A DNA stretch of 64,000 nt from Candidatus Saccharimonadales bacterium. GTDB lineage: Bacteria > Patescibacteriota > Saccharimonadia > Saccharimonadales > JANWIN01. The stretch spans positions 109,318 to 173,317 of the forward strand of contig JANWIN010000012.1 in assembly GCA_025449905.1 (NCBI GenBank), in the 5' to 3' direction. Numbering within the stretch: the stretch's first letter is position 1; every line of letters begins with the position of its first letter. The translations under genes and the position numbers were made by a program. The notes below the pieces were generated by a model, which saw only the letters and a program-made list of their open reading frames with translations, was not told the origin of the DNA and ran no database searches. Of this stretch, positions 44,201 through 53,346 are shown piece by piece.

Positions 44201-45236
44201 AGTATACGTCGGTTTAAGCGGCGGTGTTGATTCCTCGGTCACAGCTGCGCTGTTGAAACAGCAGGGCTACGATGTAACGGGGGTTTATATGAAGAACTGG
44301 ACTAAGGACATGCCAGGTTTTCCGTGCCCCTGGAAGGAAGATTATCAGGACGCCAAGCGGGTGGCGGTCCAGCTGGGTATTCCATTCAAAGTTTATGACT
44401 TCCAGACCAAGTATAAGCAGCTAGTTGTTGATTACATGATTGATGAGTATAAATCTGGCCAAACACCCAACCCTGATATTATTTGCAACCAAGAAGTTAA
44501 ATTTAAGCTGTTTTTGAATGCGGCCTTAAAAGATGGGGCCGATATGATTGCCACTGGCCACTATGCGCGGGTAAAAAACGGCCAGCTTTTGACGGCTAAA
44601 AATAAAGATAAGGACCAAACTTACTTTTTGTACATAGTTAGCGAAGACGCGCTTAAGAAAACGCTGTTTCCAATTGGTGAATTTACAGACAAAAAGCAGG
44701 TTAGAGAAATGGCTAAAAAGTTTGGCTTGGTTACGGCCGCCAAAAAGGATAGTCAGGGCATTTGTTTTGTGGGCCAGGTTGGGATTAAAGAATTTTTAAG
44801 CCAATACGTAAAAACTAAACCCGGCAAAATCATAGATGAAAACAACAAAATAATCGGCGAGCATGAAGGGGCAATTTTCTATACCATTGGCCAACGTCAT
44901 GGCCTAGATGTGGGAGGCGGATTGCCGTATTACGTAACCGGCAAAGATATGAAGAAGAATGAAGTTTATGTGACAACCAACTTAGACGATAAGCAGATTT
45001 GGGGCAGAGAAATTAAACTGACAGATGTTCACTGGATAAATGATGAGCCAAATGCTAAGAAAACTTATCAAGTACGAACTCGCCACAGAGCACCGCTTAT
45101 AAAAGGGACACTTAACAAGTTAAGTAATAAAACTTGGCAGATAAAATTAACAGATGAAGTCCGAGCTTTAACGGCTGGCCAATCAGCTGTAATTTATAAT
45201 GGCCAACACATTCTCGGTGGTGGCGTAATCGTCTGA
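44193..45236 (+). CDS. mnmA: tRNA 2-thiouridine(34) synthase
   Basis: PP-loop VGLSGGVDSSV and the KDQTYFL motif. It overlaps the desulfurase gene by 8 nt. Confidence 0.9.
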   Translation: MAKVYVGLSGGVDSSVTAALLKQQGYDVTGVYMKNWTKDMPGFPCPWKEDYQDAKRVAVQLGIPFKVYDFQTKYKQLVVDYMIDEYKSGQTPNPDIICNQEVKFKLFLNAALKDGADMIATGHYARVKNGQLLTAKNKDKDQTYFLYIVSEDALKKTLFPIGEFTDKKQVREMAKKFGLVTAAKKDSQGICFVGQVGIKEFLSQYVKTKPGKIIDENNKIIGEHEGAIFYTIGQRHGLDVGGGLPYYVTGKDMKKNEVYVTTNLDDKQIWGREIKLTDVHWINDEPNAKKTYQVRTRHRAPLIKGTLNKLSNKTWQIKLTDEVRALTAGQSAVIYNGQHILGGGVIV

Positions 45237-45251
45237 TACAATTAACAGATA

Positions 45252-47129
45252 ATGACAACGGCGGAAATTCGTACAGCTTATTTAGATTTTTTTGTAAAAA
45301 ATGGGCACAAAGTTATCCCGCGGGCGCGGATTGTGCCGGATAATGATCCAACCACGCTTTTTACTGGTTCAGGCATGCAGCCGCTGATGCCATACTTGCT
45401 TGGCGAAAAACACCCGGCAGGCACTCGAGTTACAGATACGCAAACTGTCTTTAGAGCAGATGATATTGATGAAATTGGGGACAACCGCCACACGACGTTT
45501 TTTGAAATGCTGGGCAACTGGAGCTTCGGTGATTACTTTAAAAAGGAACAAATACCTTGGTTTTGGGAATTTTTAACCGAAATTGTAAAACTCGACCCCA
45601 AAAAACTTTATGTAACTTGTTATAGCGGCGATGAAAAACTAGAGATTCCTAAAGATACTGAATCAGCAGAAATCTGGAAAAAGCTTTTTGAAGCAAAGGG
45701 CATTGAAGTTCAAGAAGCTGACATGAAAACCGAAGTCGAAGGTTATAAGATTGGCATGAAAGATGGCCAGCGGATTTTTTATTATCGTGACAAAAACTGG
45801 TGGAGTAGAGTCGGTGAACCGGATAATATGCCAGCAGGTGAACCGGGTGGCCCAGACACAGAAGTCTTTTTTGATACAGGCGCTGAGCACAATAAAAATT
45901 ATGGTGAACATTGCCACCCCAACTGTGACTGTGGTCGTTGGATAGAAGTCGGCAACTCAGTTTTTATGCAGTACATCAAAAATGACAAGGGCGGCTTTGA
46001 CGAGTTACCAAATAAAAATGTTGACTTCGGTGGCGGTCTGGAGCGAATAGCATCGGCAAGTATTGGCGGCCATGATATGTTCAAAATTGATCTGCTTTGG
46101 CCGATTATTGAAAAGCTACAGGAAATGTCAGGCAAGAAGTATGAAGATCACGTTGAAGCTAAGCGTATTATTGCTGATCATCTTAGGGCCGCTGTTTTCA
46201 TGGCCGGGGATGGAGTAACACCAAGTAACAAAACCCAAGGTTATATTTTGCGCCGATTGCTTCGCCGGGCTATACGCCAGGGCCACGAACTTGGAATTGA
46301 AGACGGTCTTTTCCGAGTGGTTGCACCAATGGTTATGGACATGTACCGTGAACCATTTCCTGAAGTTGCTAAAGATGAAAAAATTGTCATTTCAGTACTA
46401 GAGAAAGAAGAAAAACTCTTTCGTCAGACACTTCGCAAAGGCCTGCGCGAGTTTGAGAAAATTATTAAGAAAGGTTTGGACGGTAAAACCATTTTTACGC
46501 TGTTTGATACCTACGGTTTTCCGCCCGAGCTATCTGTTGAAGAGGCCAAAAAACGCAGTATTGGCGTACCTGAAAATTGGCAAAAAGACTATGAAGCCGA
46601 ACTGGAAAAACAACGTGAGCGTTCGCGCACGGCCGCCGCTGGTATGTTCAAGGGCGGTTTGGCTGAACACTCCAAACAAACCATCAAGTACCACACTGCC
46701 ACCCATCTAATGTATAAAGCTTTGCGGCTAGTTCTGGGCGACCATGTTGAACAGCGCGGCAGTAACATTACTAGCGAGCGTCTACGTTTTGATTTTAACC
46801 ACCCGCAAAAAATGACTGATGAGGAAATCAAAAAAGTTGAAAACATTGTTAATGAGCAAATTGATAAAGATTTGACGGTAACCTGGAAAGAAATGCCGAC
46901 CAAAGAGGGCTTGGCAACAGGGGCGCGCGGCCACTTTGGCGAAAAATACGGCGACACCGTGAAGGTTTACATAATGGGTCCAGAAGACAATCCCTACACA
47001 ATGGAACTGTGCGGTGGTCCGCACGTTGAGCACACCGGAATACTAGGCGAAGATGGCAAGCATTTCAAAATCATCAAAGAAGAATCTAGCGCCGCTGGCA
47101 TCCGCCGCATCAAAGCCGTTTTAGGGTAA
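45252..47129 (+). CDS. alaS: alanine--tRNA ligase, short form lacking the C-Ala domain
   Basis: The class II AlaRS N-terminus is IRTAYLDFFVKNGHKVIP...FTGSGMQP. Editing-domain motifs HTATHL and CGGPHV are present. The protein ends at 625 aa, right after the editing domain. Confidence 0.85.
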   Translation: MTTAEIRTAYLDFFVKNGHKVIPRARIVPDNDPTTLFTGSGMQPLMPYLLGEKHPAGTRVTDTQTVFRADDIDEIGDNRHTTFFEMLGNWSFGDYFKKEQIPWFWEFLTEIVKLDPKKLYVTCYSGDEKLEIPKDTESAEIWKKLFEAKGIEVQEADMKTEVEGYKIGMKDGQRIFYYRDKNWWSRVGEPDNMPAGEPGGPDTEVFFDTGAEHNKNYGEHCHPNCDCGRWIEVGNSVFMQYIKNDKGGFDELPNKNVDFGGGLERIASASIGGHDMFKIDLLWPIIEKLQEMSGKKYEDHVEAKRIIADHLRAAVFMAGDGVTPSNKTQGYILRRLLRRAIRQGHELGIEDGLFRVVAPMVMDMYREPFPEVAKDEKIVISVLEKEEKLFRQTLRKGLREFEKIIKKGLDGKTIFTLFDTYGFPPELSVEEAKKRSIGVPENWQKDYEAELEKQRERSRTAAAGMFKGGLAEHSKQTIKYHTATHLMYKALRLVLGDHVEQRGSNITSERLRFDFNHPQKMTDEEIKKVENIVNEQIDKDLTVTWKEMPTKEGLATGARGHFGEKYGDTVKVYIMGPEDNPYTMELCGGPHVEHTGILGEDGKHFKIIKEESSAAGIRRIKAVLG

Positions 47130-47134
47130 TCTGA

Positions 47135-47176
47135 AATTGTACAACTTTGTGACGATCGTCACGATTATGTACAATT
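47135..47176 (+). repeat. 42-nt nested palindromic element, copy 2 (5 nt after the alaS stop)
   Basis: AATTGTACA-acttt-GTGACGATCGTCAC-gatta-TGTACAATT. It is 37/42 identical to 28787-28828. Confidence 0.7.
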
Positions 47177-47216
47177 TGGCTGGTGCGAAAACAGTAAAAG
47201 CGTTATTATTTAGATC

Positions 47217-47516
47217 ATGATTAGCGTTTATGGGCAAGCAAAACCCAATCAAATAGGCGGAGCGCTGTTTGACACCACAAAAATATTTTTTGAAGATCAC
47301 GAGCTGGCTCGGCGACAGGCTTTTGAAGAACACTTACCCAGAGCAGACTTGAATTATAAGAGAAGGCTATTCCCGGAGGAGCTGGTTTTATGGGGGATTG
47401 TGGAAAGAGAAGACATTTTAGCGGTTATCCAGGGTGAAAGAAATAAAACAGTGGGCCGCCGCGTTCCAGCAAGCAGAGCTTCTGAGAAAGTTGGAGTGTC
47501 AGAAGACTACCTCTAA
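47217..47516 (+). CDS. hypothetical protein
   Basis: From the ORF track only (99 aa). Confidence 0.4.
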   Translation: MISVYGQAKPNQIGGALFDTTKIFFEDHELARRQAFEEHLPRADLNYKRRLFPEELVLWGIVEREDILAVIQGERNKTVGRRVPASRASEKVGVSEDYL

Positions 47517-47551
47517 AAACTTGCTACCCCTGAAATGATATAATCAAAAGC

Positions 47552-48829
47552 GTGTTAAATAAGATAAAGAATCTTAAGGGACTTAAGCCCAAAAAAAACA
47601 GCAAACAGTATTTAGTGGCACTGGACATTGGAACTGAAAATGTTAAGGCCTTAGTGGCCGAAGCCAAAGATAATACAATTGAGATTATCGGTGTTGGTCG
47701 AGCTCATCAAGGATTATCGGACATGCAGGCTGGCGCCATTTCGGACATTGCCGGGGTAGTCAAAAACTGTGACGATGCCTTGAATCAAGCCGAACAGCAA
47801 GCTGGTGCCAGTGCCCGCCCGGCAGTTATTGGCATCGCTGGTGAGTTAGTAAAAGGTACAACTACCACTGTGCGGGTGCGTCGCAAGGATCCAGCTAAAG
47901 AACTGGATTTTGACGAAGTTGAGCGAATTATCACTTTGGTCCAAAAACGTGCCCAAGAGCGAGCCAAACAACAATTAGTCTGGGAGTTGGGTGGCAAAGA
48001 AGTTGAAACCCGACTGGTTAATAGCGCGCTAGTAAATATTGAAATTGATGATTATGCAGTTACCAATCCGGTCGGTTTTAAGGGCAAGGACGTGGTTGTC
48101 CAGTTGTATACGGCCTTTGCGCCGATGATACATATTGGCGCGTTGGAGCGCACCGCTAAAGAACTAGATTTAGATTTGTTAGCCGTAGCCGCCGAACCTT
48201 TTGCCGTGGCTCGCTCGGTAGTTGGCAATGACCCAAATAAAGCGATGAGTGCTGTTTTGATGGACGTCGGCGGCGGAACAACCGACATAGCAGTTATTAA
48301 TGAAGGCGGCGTGCAAGGTACAAAAATGTTTGGCATTGGCGGCCGGGCTTTTACACGCGCGGTTGAGCGCGACCTTGGGGTTAATTTTGATTCAGCCGAA
48401 CAGATGAAAATAGGCCTATCCACCAACCAAGCACCCCGAGCACAAATTCCATCAATTGAAGCGGCGCTTCGCAAAACCTTGGAAGTTTGGGCCAGCGGTG
48501 TATCTTTAGCCCTCGGCGAGTTTACCCAACTCGATAATCTACCCAATAAATTACTGCTCTGCGGTGGCGGCTCCTCACTGGAAATGTTGATGCACAAGCT
48601 AAACGAGGCCAGCTGGTCACATGAATTACCTTTTACCCAAAAACCATCGGTCCAGCATATTAAGCCCGAAGAAGTCTTGGGCATTGTTGATAAAACCGGC
48701 CACGTTGCCGACCATACCTTTATCACCGCTATGGGCCTGTTACGTGTTGGACTAGACACCCTGCAACAGGATGAAGAGGTTGAAGGAGATTCAATTCGTG
48801 AGAAAATAGATAGATTGCTAAGAGTATAA
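47552..48829 (+). CDS. ftsA: actin-like ATPase, FtsA-like cell-division protein
   Basis: Phosphate-1 VALDIGTENVKA, phosphate-2 DVGGGTTDIAVI, and adenosine motif LCGGGS. GTG start. Confidence 0.7.
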   Translation: MLNKIKNLKGLKPKKNSKQYLVALDIGTENVKALVAEAKDNTIEIIGVGRAHQGLSDMQAGAISDIAGVVKNCDDALNQAEQQAGASARPAVIGIAGELVKGTTTTVRVRRKDPAKELDFDEVERIITLVQKRAQERAKQQLVWELGGKEVETRLVNSALVNIEIDDYAVTNPVGFKGKDVVVQLYTAFAPMIHIGALERTAKELDLDLLAVAAEPFAVARSVVGNDPNKAMSAVLMDVGGGTTDIAVINEGGVQGTKMFGIGGRAFTRAVERDLGVNFDSAEQMKIGLSTNQAPRAQIPSIEAALRKTLEVWASGVSLALGEFTQLDNLPNKLLLCGGGSSLEMLMHKLNEASWSHELPFTQKPSVQHIKPEEVLGIVDKTGHVADHTFITAMGLLRVGLDTLQQDEEVEGDSIREKIDRLLRV

Positions 48830-48830
48830 A

Positions 48831-50495
48831 ATGGCAGATTCCAAAGATACAATTTATATAGATATTGATGATGAAATCACCTCCATCATTGACAAGATGC
48901 GCTCCAGCGACAAGAAGATTGTGGCGTTAGTGCTGCCTAAGCGGGCAACGGTGCTGCAGAGCATCGTTAATATGAAACTGCTTAAAAAGACGGCGGAAAA
49001 GGCTGATAAAAATGTCGTGCTGATAACTTCCGAAGAAGGACTATTACCGCTGGCCGGCGCCGTGGGTGTGCATGTAGCTTCAACGCTGCAGAGTAAACCA
49101 GAAATACCACCCCCTCCTGACACCCTACCAGTTGGCGAAAAGCCAATACATGAAGAAGTCCCCGAAGACCCGAATCATAAAGTTGGAAAAGCTGAAGCGG
49201 CTGCGGCGGTGGCTGGCGCGGCGGCATTAAAGGCTCAAGCTAAGGATCACCCCAAGGAAGAAACCGTTGAGCTGGATGATAGTGAGAAATCCGCCGGTAA
49301 AAAACCAGCCAGCAAATCTAAAGATAAGAAAACCAAAGTACCCAACTTTGACAAGTTTAGAAAGCGACTGGTTATTGGTGCCCTAGCGGCTGTTGCCTTT
49401 ATTGTGCTATGGATTCTTGCTTTTGGCACACTCCAAAAAGCCACAATTATTATTAAAACAGACACAACTAATCAAGATATAAATCCGGATATTACGGTTG
49501 ATACTGATGCCAAATCGGTTAGCGTAGGCAGCGGCATTGTTCCAGGACATGTTAAGGAAATTAAGCATTCCGATTCACAAAGCGCACCGGCGACCGGCGA
49601 GAAAAATAAAGGCAGTAAAGCCACCGGTCAATTAACTGCTACCAACTGTAATTCACTCAGCCACCCCACGGTACTGGCCGGCTCAAAGTTCACTTCTGAC
49701 GGCGGCAAAGTCTTTACCAACAACTCTTCATTTACGCCAAGTACAGCACTTGTAAATGGTTCTATATGTTATACAGCTACATTTGGCGTAACAGCGGTCG
49801 AAGGCGGCGCCAGCTACAATTTACCTTCCTCTACTTCTTATACTAGTTCTTCACTAAAAGACTATGACATCAGTGGTAAAACTAGCGGTGGCACTGACCA
49901 AATTGTAAAAGTGGTTAGCCAAGCCGATATCGACAGCGCTAAACAAAAGACAACCAGTGATAAAGATGAAGCCAAAGCTGATCTTAAAAAGGCACTGGAA
50001 GAAGACGGCCTGTATGCAATTACCGACAGTTTTAATGGCGGGAAAGCTACTGTAAGCAGCTCGCCGCAAGTTGGGCAAGAGGCCGATAGTGTTAATGTAA
50101 CTTCAACAATTACTTACACCATGCTGGGGGTAAAAGAAGAAAGTCTTGAAAAAATAATTGATAACAGCGTAAAAGGCGAAATTGACACTAAAACTCAGTC
50201 GGTCCAAGACTATGGGCTAGATAACGCCAACTTTACTGTTAATGATAAAAACGGCAATCAAACCAGAATGTCGATGCAAACCACCATTGCCATTGGCCCC
50301 AAACTTAATGTTGATGAAGTCAAGCAACAGGTAGCTGGCAAAGAAAAAGGCACTATTCAGGATGAAATAGGCAACGTTGAAGGGGTTAAAGAAGTAATAG
50401 TCGACTTCAGTCCGTTTTGGGTACATAAGGCGCCTAAAAACCCTGCCAAGATAAATGTCGTAATTGAAAGTGCTAATGAGTCAGGAACCCCCTAA
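48831..50495 (+). CDS. bitopic membrane protein coupled to ftsA, unknown function
   Basis: The start lies 1 nt after the ftsA stop. A ~90-aa cytoplasmic domain is followed by a Pro/Lys-rich linker, a TM LVIGALAAVAFIVLWILAFG, and a ~350-aa Ser/Thr-rich exodomain. Confidence 0.6.
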   Translation: MADSKDTIYIDIDDEITSIIDKMRSSDKKIVALVLPKRATVLQSIVNMKLLKKTAEKADKNVVLITSEEGLLPLAGAVGVHVASTLQSKPEIPPPPDTLPVGEKPIHEEVPEDPNHKVGKAEAAAAVAGAAALKAQAKDHPKEETVELDDSEKSAGKKPASKSKDKKTKVPNFDKFRKRLVIGALAAVAFIVLWILAFGTLQKATIIIKTDTTNQDINPDITVDTDAKSVSVGSGIVPGHVKEIKHSDSQSAPATGEKNKGSKATGQLTATNCNSLSHPTVLAGSKFTSDGGKVFTNNSSFTPSTALVNGSICYTATFGVTAVEGGASYNLPSSTSYTSSSLKDYDISGKTSGGTDQIVKVVSQADIDSAKQKTTSDKDEAKADLKKALEEDGLYAITDSFNGGKATVSSSPQVGQEADSVNVTSTITYTMLGVKEESLEKIIDNSVKGEIDTKTQSVQDYGLDNANFTVNDKNGNQTRMSMQTTIAIGPKLNVDEVKQQVAGKEKGTIQDEIGNVEGVKEVIVDFSPFWVHKAPKNPAKINVVIESANESGTP

Positions 50496-50904
50496 AACGG
50501 TGTTAGCTTTAGACTATGGTGAAAAACGCATAGGAGTGGCTATTGCCAACACTTTGAGCCGTTTACCAAGTCCGCTAACTACTGTTAATAACACCGAAAA
50601 TGCCCTTCAGACGCTTGTAGAGCTCGCTAGAACGCATAATGCTTATGCGGTGGTAGTTGGGCTGCCTAAGGGCTTAAAAGGGCAGGAAACACCACAAACT
50701 AGCCTTATACGCCAATTTATTAAATCATTATCTAAATCTTTATCTGTTCCAGTTTATACCCAAGATGAAACCTTAAGTTCAGTCCGTGCCGAAGAAGAGC
50801 TTAAACAGCGCAATGTCGGGTATAATAAAAGCTCTGTGGATGAACTGGCGGCAACTTATATTCTGGAAGACTTTTTAACGGAGCATAGCCAAATCAGCGT
50901 ATGA
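50464..50904 (+). CDS. ruvX: Holliday-junction resolvase-like RuvX/YqgF
   Basis: VLALDYGEKRIGVAIAN is the canonical YqgF N-terminal motif. The real start may be the ATG at 50476. Confidence 0.8.
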   Translation: MKVLMSQEPPKTVLALDYGEKRIGVAIANTLSRLPSPLTTVNNTENALQTLVELARTHNAYAVVVGLPKGLKGQETPQTSLIRQFIKSLSKSLSVPVYTQDETLSSVRAEEELKQRNVGYNKSSVDELAATYILEDFLTEHSQISV

Positions 50905-51947
50905 AGACGAAACCTAAAGCCCGACGCGGCATTTGGCTAAAAAGAGCCGTAACAGCCTTAATAGTAGCGGCTTTGATATTTGTAATTGGCGGGGTAGTAG
51001 CCCACTATGTTTACAATCAAAACTTAAAACCAGTCAGCTCAACTCAAAAAATTATGATCGTCAAAATACCGCTGGGCTCATCACTCGATGAAATTGGCAA
51101 AATCTTTAAAGATGCTGGCGTAATTAAAAGTGAGTGGGCTTTTAAGCAATATGTTCGCAATCAGGGTGCTGACAACGACATCAAAGCCGGCACTTATGAG
51201 CTTAGTCCGGGTTACAGCGTGCAAGAAATAGTCTCAATTATTACCGAAGGCAAGATTAAAACTAACCTAGTAACTATCCTGCCAGGTCAAACCGTAAAGC
51301 AAATAAAGGAAACGTTTATTAATCATGGTTTTTCTAAATCAGAGGTAGACAGTGCCTTTCAGGCCGACAATTATAAAAACCACCCAGCTCTAGTGGACAA
51401 GCCCGTAAGTGCCGACTTAGAGGGCTATCTCTACCCAGAATCCTATCAAAAAGATGATAACACTAGCGCCAAGGATATAATTACCTTAGCTCTAGATGAA
51501 ATGCAGCAACGTTTAACTCCAGACGTGCGAACAGCCTTAGCCAAGCAAGATCTGTCTGTTTACGAGGGGATAGTTTTAGCCTCAATTATTACCAAGGAAG
51601 TCGATAAGCCTTCGGATCAGGCTCAAGCCGCCCAAGTATTTCTAAAGCGGCTACGCAGTGATATGCTGCTCGGCTCGGATGTTACAGCTTACTATGGTGC
51701 TCAAAAAGCCGGCCATCCGCGTTCCCTGAGCTACGATTCACCGTACAATACCCACTTGCATAAAGGCTTGCCAAAGGGTCCAATCAGTAATATTACAGAT
51801 ACAGCTTTAAATGCCGTAGTTCATCCGGCGAAGACTGACTGGTTATTTTTTGTCGCCGGCGATAACGGCACGACCTACTTTTCTAGAACGCTTGAGGAGC
51901 ATAAAAAGCTAGTTGAGCAATACTGTAAGAAATTATGCGCAAATTAA
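50901..51947 (+). CDS. mltG: endolytic murein transglycosylase MltG (YceG-like)
   Basis: An N-terminal TM, a LysM-like fold region, and YLYPESY, ASIITKE and YNTHL...GLPKGPISN motifs of the YceG family. Confidence 0.85.
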   Translation: MKTKPKARRGIWLKRAVTALIVAALIFVIGGVVAHYVYNQNLKPVSSTQKIMIVKIPLGSSLDEIGKIFKDAGVIKSEWAFKQYVRNQGADNDIKAGTYELSPGYSVQEIVSIITEGKIKTNLVTILPGQTVKQIKETFINHGFSKSEVDSAFQADNYKNHPALVDKPVSADLEGYLYPESYQKDDNTSAKDIITLALDEMQQRLTPDVRTALAKQDLSVYEGIVLASIITKEVDKPSDQAQAAQVFLKRLRSDMLLGSDVTAYYGAQKAGHPRSLSYDSPYNTHLHKGLPKGPISNITDTALNAVVHPAKTDWLFFVAGDNGTTYFSRTLEEHKKLVEQYCKKLCAN

Positions 51948-51992
51948 GAGAAATAACAGAGGTAGAACAGGGGTCACAGGGCTTGAAATTAA

Positions 51993-53153
51993 GTGTTGTC
52001 TTTGTTACTATTTATCGGACTCACCACCAGTGGTGAGCAGGAGAAGTATATTCGTACCTCATCAAGAACTATCAATCAGTTAGCTCAAGATAAGTTACAA
52101 GCTCAATCCGATCAGTACAAACGCTTAAGTAAGCGTATTTTTAAACAGTACAAAAAAAGAATTGTTCGCTATAGCGTTCTAGCGGCCAACGCCGCCTTGT
52201 TAGTATTAGTTTTAGTAGTGGTCCATTCGCCAGATACAGGCCAGTCAATTGCTAAATCGGCAGTTTCAGCTAGCAGCTCAGATACAGTCAATGCCGTAGA
52301 TCAATTGTCTTCAGCCGATATTGCCGTAAACGTTGCCAAGATGACCAATCTGGCAGAATCAACTTCGGTAGCTAATAATGCCGACAGTGTTAATATACGT
52401 CTGGCTTTAGCAAATTCTAGCGAAACTGTTATTGGCAAGCCGCAGGTTATTAGCACCGATATTAAGTCGCGTAGTGATATCCAGACCTACGTTGTTCAAA
52501 GCGGCGACACGATTAGCTCATTGGCCTCTAAGTTTAACGTTACCTCCGACACACTGCGCTGGTCTAACGCCATTTCCGGCGACAGCTTAGAGCCCGGTAG
52601 TGTGCTAAGGGTTTTGCCCGGTGTAAATGGCATTATTTATCTGGTTCGCGGCGGTGATACGCCAGAATCTTTGGCCAGCCGTTTCCAGGTTAGCAAAGAC
52701 ATCATCATTGCTTATAACGATGCCGAAGTCGGCGGCCTGCCGGTAGGCGGCTATATTATTATTCCTGGCGGCACGCCGGCCATAGTCGGCACACCGGCAA
52801 GCAGTAATACGGTAGCTGGCTTTACGCCGAGCTATGGTTATAACGGCTATGATTACGGTTGGTGTACTTGGTACGTAGCTTCTAAGATTTCAGTACCAAC
52901 TAACTGGGGCAATGCCAATACTTGGAGCGTTTATGCGCCATCTAGCGGCTGGTCTGTCAGCCAGGCCCCTCGAGCAGGCGGTATTGGCCAGACAACTGGC
53001 GGTTGGGCTGGTCACGTTGCTTATATCGAAGCCGTGTCTCCAGATGGCAGTATGGTTAAATTCTCTGATATGAACGGTTTAGCTGGCTGGGGTCGAGTTG
53101 GTAGAAGCGACTGGGTGCCGGCTTCACACTTCGACAACTACATCTACCGCTAG
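51993..53153 (+). CDS. peptidoglycan hydrolase with two LysM domains and a C-terminal CHAP domain
   Basis: LysM repeats YVVQSGDTISSLASKFNV and YLVRGGDTPESLASRFQV. CHAP Cys context WCTWYV and His context GHVAYIE. GTG start in the track. Confidence 0.8.
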   Translation: MLSLLLFIGLTTSGEQEKYIRTSSRTINQLAQDKLQAQSDQYKRLSKRIFKQYKKRIVRYSVLAANAALLVLVLVVVHSPDTGQSIAKSAVSASSSDTVNAVDQLSSADIAVNVAKMTNLAESTSVANNADSVNIRLALANSSETVIGKPQVISTDIKSRSDIQTYVVQSGDTISSLASKFNVTSDTLRWSNAISGDSLEPGSVLRVLPGVNGIIYLVRGGDTPESLASRFQVSKDIIIAYNDAEVGGLPVGGYIIIPGGTPAIVGTPASSNTVAGFTPSYGYNGYDYGWCTWYVASKISVPTNWGNANTWSVYAPSSGWSVSQAPRAGGIGQTTGGWAGHVAYIEAVSPDGSMVKFSDMNGLAGWGRVGRSDWVPASHFDNYIYR

Positions 53154-53166
53154 AAGCTATGTAACA

Positions 53167-53207
53167 TTCTAGCCTGCTCCTGAGCAGAACTCAGGATTCT
53201 GCTAGAA
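53167..53207 (+). terminator. two-tier hairpin after the LysM-CHAP gene (terminator candidate without U-tract)
   Basis: TTCTAGC...CCTGAG-cagaa-CTCAGG...GCTAGAA. Confidence 0.45.
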
Positions 53208-53310
53208 TTCTTGGCACGCTGCGTTGTTAACTTCCTGTGCGACTCAATCACCGTATTTCATATACGGCTCTTTCGCTACTCGTTGTTTCCTAGCAGCGCA
53301 CTCAAGTACA
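53208..53310 (+). repeat. copy C of the ~103-nt intergenic element family
   Basis: Alignable with copies A and B. The hairpin CCGTAT-ttcat-ATACGG carries compensatory T>C and A>G changes. A TATAAT box at 53330-53335 lies 11 nt upstream of the ATG at 53347. Confidence 0.6.
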
Positions 53311-53346
53311 TAACTTCTAGTATTTCGCATATAATTATAACTAGAG

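Noticed and set aside
47121-47333. 70-aa minus-strand ORF after alaS
   Set aside because: It runs through the 42-nt palindromic element and overlaps the start of the plus-strand 99-aa ORF. It is probably an artefact of the palindrome.
48052-48852. 266-aa minus-strand ORF antisense to the ftsA-like gene
   Set aside because: It lies entirely inside a plus-strand gene with clear actin-fold ATPase motifs. Its translation is low-complexity S/P/T/A-rich with no motif, which is typical of a shadow ORF.
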